Of a DNA stretch of 41,794 bases, positions 41,535 through 41,794 are shown piece by piece. The notes under the pieces were generated by a model. The model made no database searches. It was given only the letters and a program-made list of their open reading frames with translations, and had not been told where the DNA came from. Source of the DNA: a virus; IMG/VR virus record IMGVR_UViG_3300005253_000069, positions 1 to 41,794 of that record; one strand, 5' to 3'. Position 1 is the stretch's first letter; each line of letters starts with the position of its first letter. Position numbers and translations under genes: made by a program.

Positions 41535-41794
41535 TTCATCTCCTTCCTCAACTTATCAACAGCGTCATAAACTGCCGCGATGCGGGATTTGCCCTCAGCC
41601 TTAATTTTGTGACTATATCCAGATATTCGACAAGTCACTTTACCTATCAATTCACCCCAATTCCTTCTACTTACTTCTATCCAATACCCCGCCTTTTCCA
41701 ATATCTCCTCGATTACCTCCCATTCGAGGATGGGGATAGCATCTTCATGAAGTTTATAAAAGGATTTGCCGCACTCATAAGGCTTCTCCTTAAC
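41531..41794 (-). CDS. C-terminal part of the junction-spanning ORF (continues from 1-302)
   Basis: Reads ...ILEWEVIEEILEKAGYWIEVSRRNWGELIGKVTCRISGYSHKIKAEGKSRIAAVYDAVDKLRKEMK*. The TGA (41531-41533) overlaps the ATG of the lysin gene. The total circular ORF is 163-164 aa. Confidence 0.6.
   Translation of the reverse strand, partial: VKEKPYECGKSFYKLHEDAIPILEWEVIEEILEKAGYWIEVSRRNWGELIGKVTCRISGYSHKIKAEGKSRIAAVYDAVDKLRKEMK
41721..41794. repeat. Terminal direct repeat, copy 2
   Basis: Identical to bases 1-74. Confidence 0.95.

Noticed and set aside
1-41794. Stop-codon reassignment or an alternative genetic code
   Set aside because: All large genes (TerL, portal, the 1087-aa protein, PolA, the methyltransferase) are intact ORFs under the standard code with normal stops, and no suppressor anticodon could be identified.

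Overview
The window is a complete dsDNA tailed-phage genome of about 41.72 kb. Bases 1-74 are repeated exactly at 41721-41794, and a minus-strand ORF reads in frame across that junction.

Genome layout:
- Two transcription arms diverge from a non-coding control region at 7121-7880. This region holds at least 11 copies of the 8-mer (T/G)GAACAC(T/C), four copies of a 13-mer, an AT-rich block, two flanking 25-bp direct repeats, and near-consensus sigma70-type promoters facing both ways.
- Rightward arm: three small ORFs (7881-8543), then a ~790-bp non-coding region with a dense GATC/AGGATC cluster and a perfect TTGACA-17-TATAAT promoter. The packaging and virion module follows at 9332-32791. It contains a Gly/Pro/Arg-rich protein, an HTH small-terminase candidate, TerL, two fibre-like proteins, portal, scaffold, major capsid, a beta-helix protein, a DUF1566-like protein, three very large putative internal proteins and an ATP-grasp-like ORF.
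- Leftward arm: about 25 tightly packed small ORFs (many Cys-rich zinc-ribbon types), then a Cas4/RecB-like nuclease + Sak4-like ATPase + DUF669-like recombination module and a tRNA-like gene. Continuing through the junction it carries a SleB-type lysin cassette, a ParB-domain/DNA methyltransferase fusion, a UDG-like/3'-5' exo/family-A DNA polymerase and a P-loop-like replication candidate. The two arms converge at 32791/32795.

I saw no integrase, RNA polymerase, reverse transcriptase, CRISPR array, or tail sheath or tube genes. A lytic, probably short-tailed phage of a bacterial host is an inference. Host type is suggested by the long GGAGGTGA Shine-Dalgarno sites and sigma70 promoters; purine-rich coding strands and E/K/R/I-rich proteins hint at a thermophile.

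Most unusual signals:
1. A 25-bp near-palindrome (CACATTTTCAATWWTTGAAATTATG) present five times. In four copies it lies 16-18 nt upstream of a start codon, on whichever strand is coding.
2. A 137-nt tRNA-like gene with perfect acceptor, D and T arms but 43-59 more nt between the D and T arms than any standard tRNA.
3. The iteron and AT-rich control region.
4. A cluster of nine GATC sites in 135 bp, upstream of the packaging genes.
5. A virion-module protein with four W-rich repeats and a 15-proline run.

All functional calls rest on motif recognition by eye. No database search was possible.
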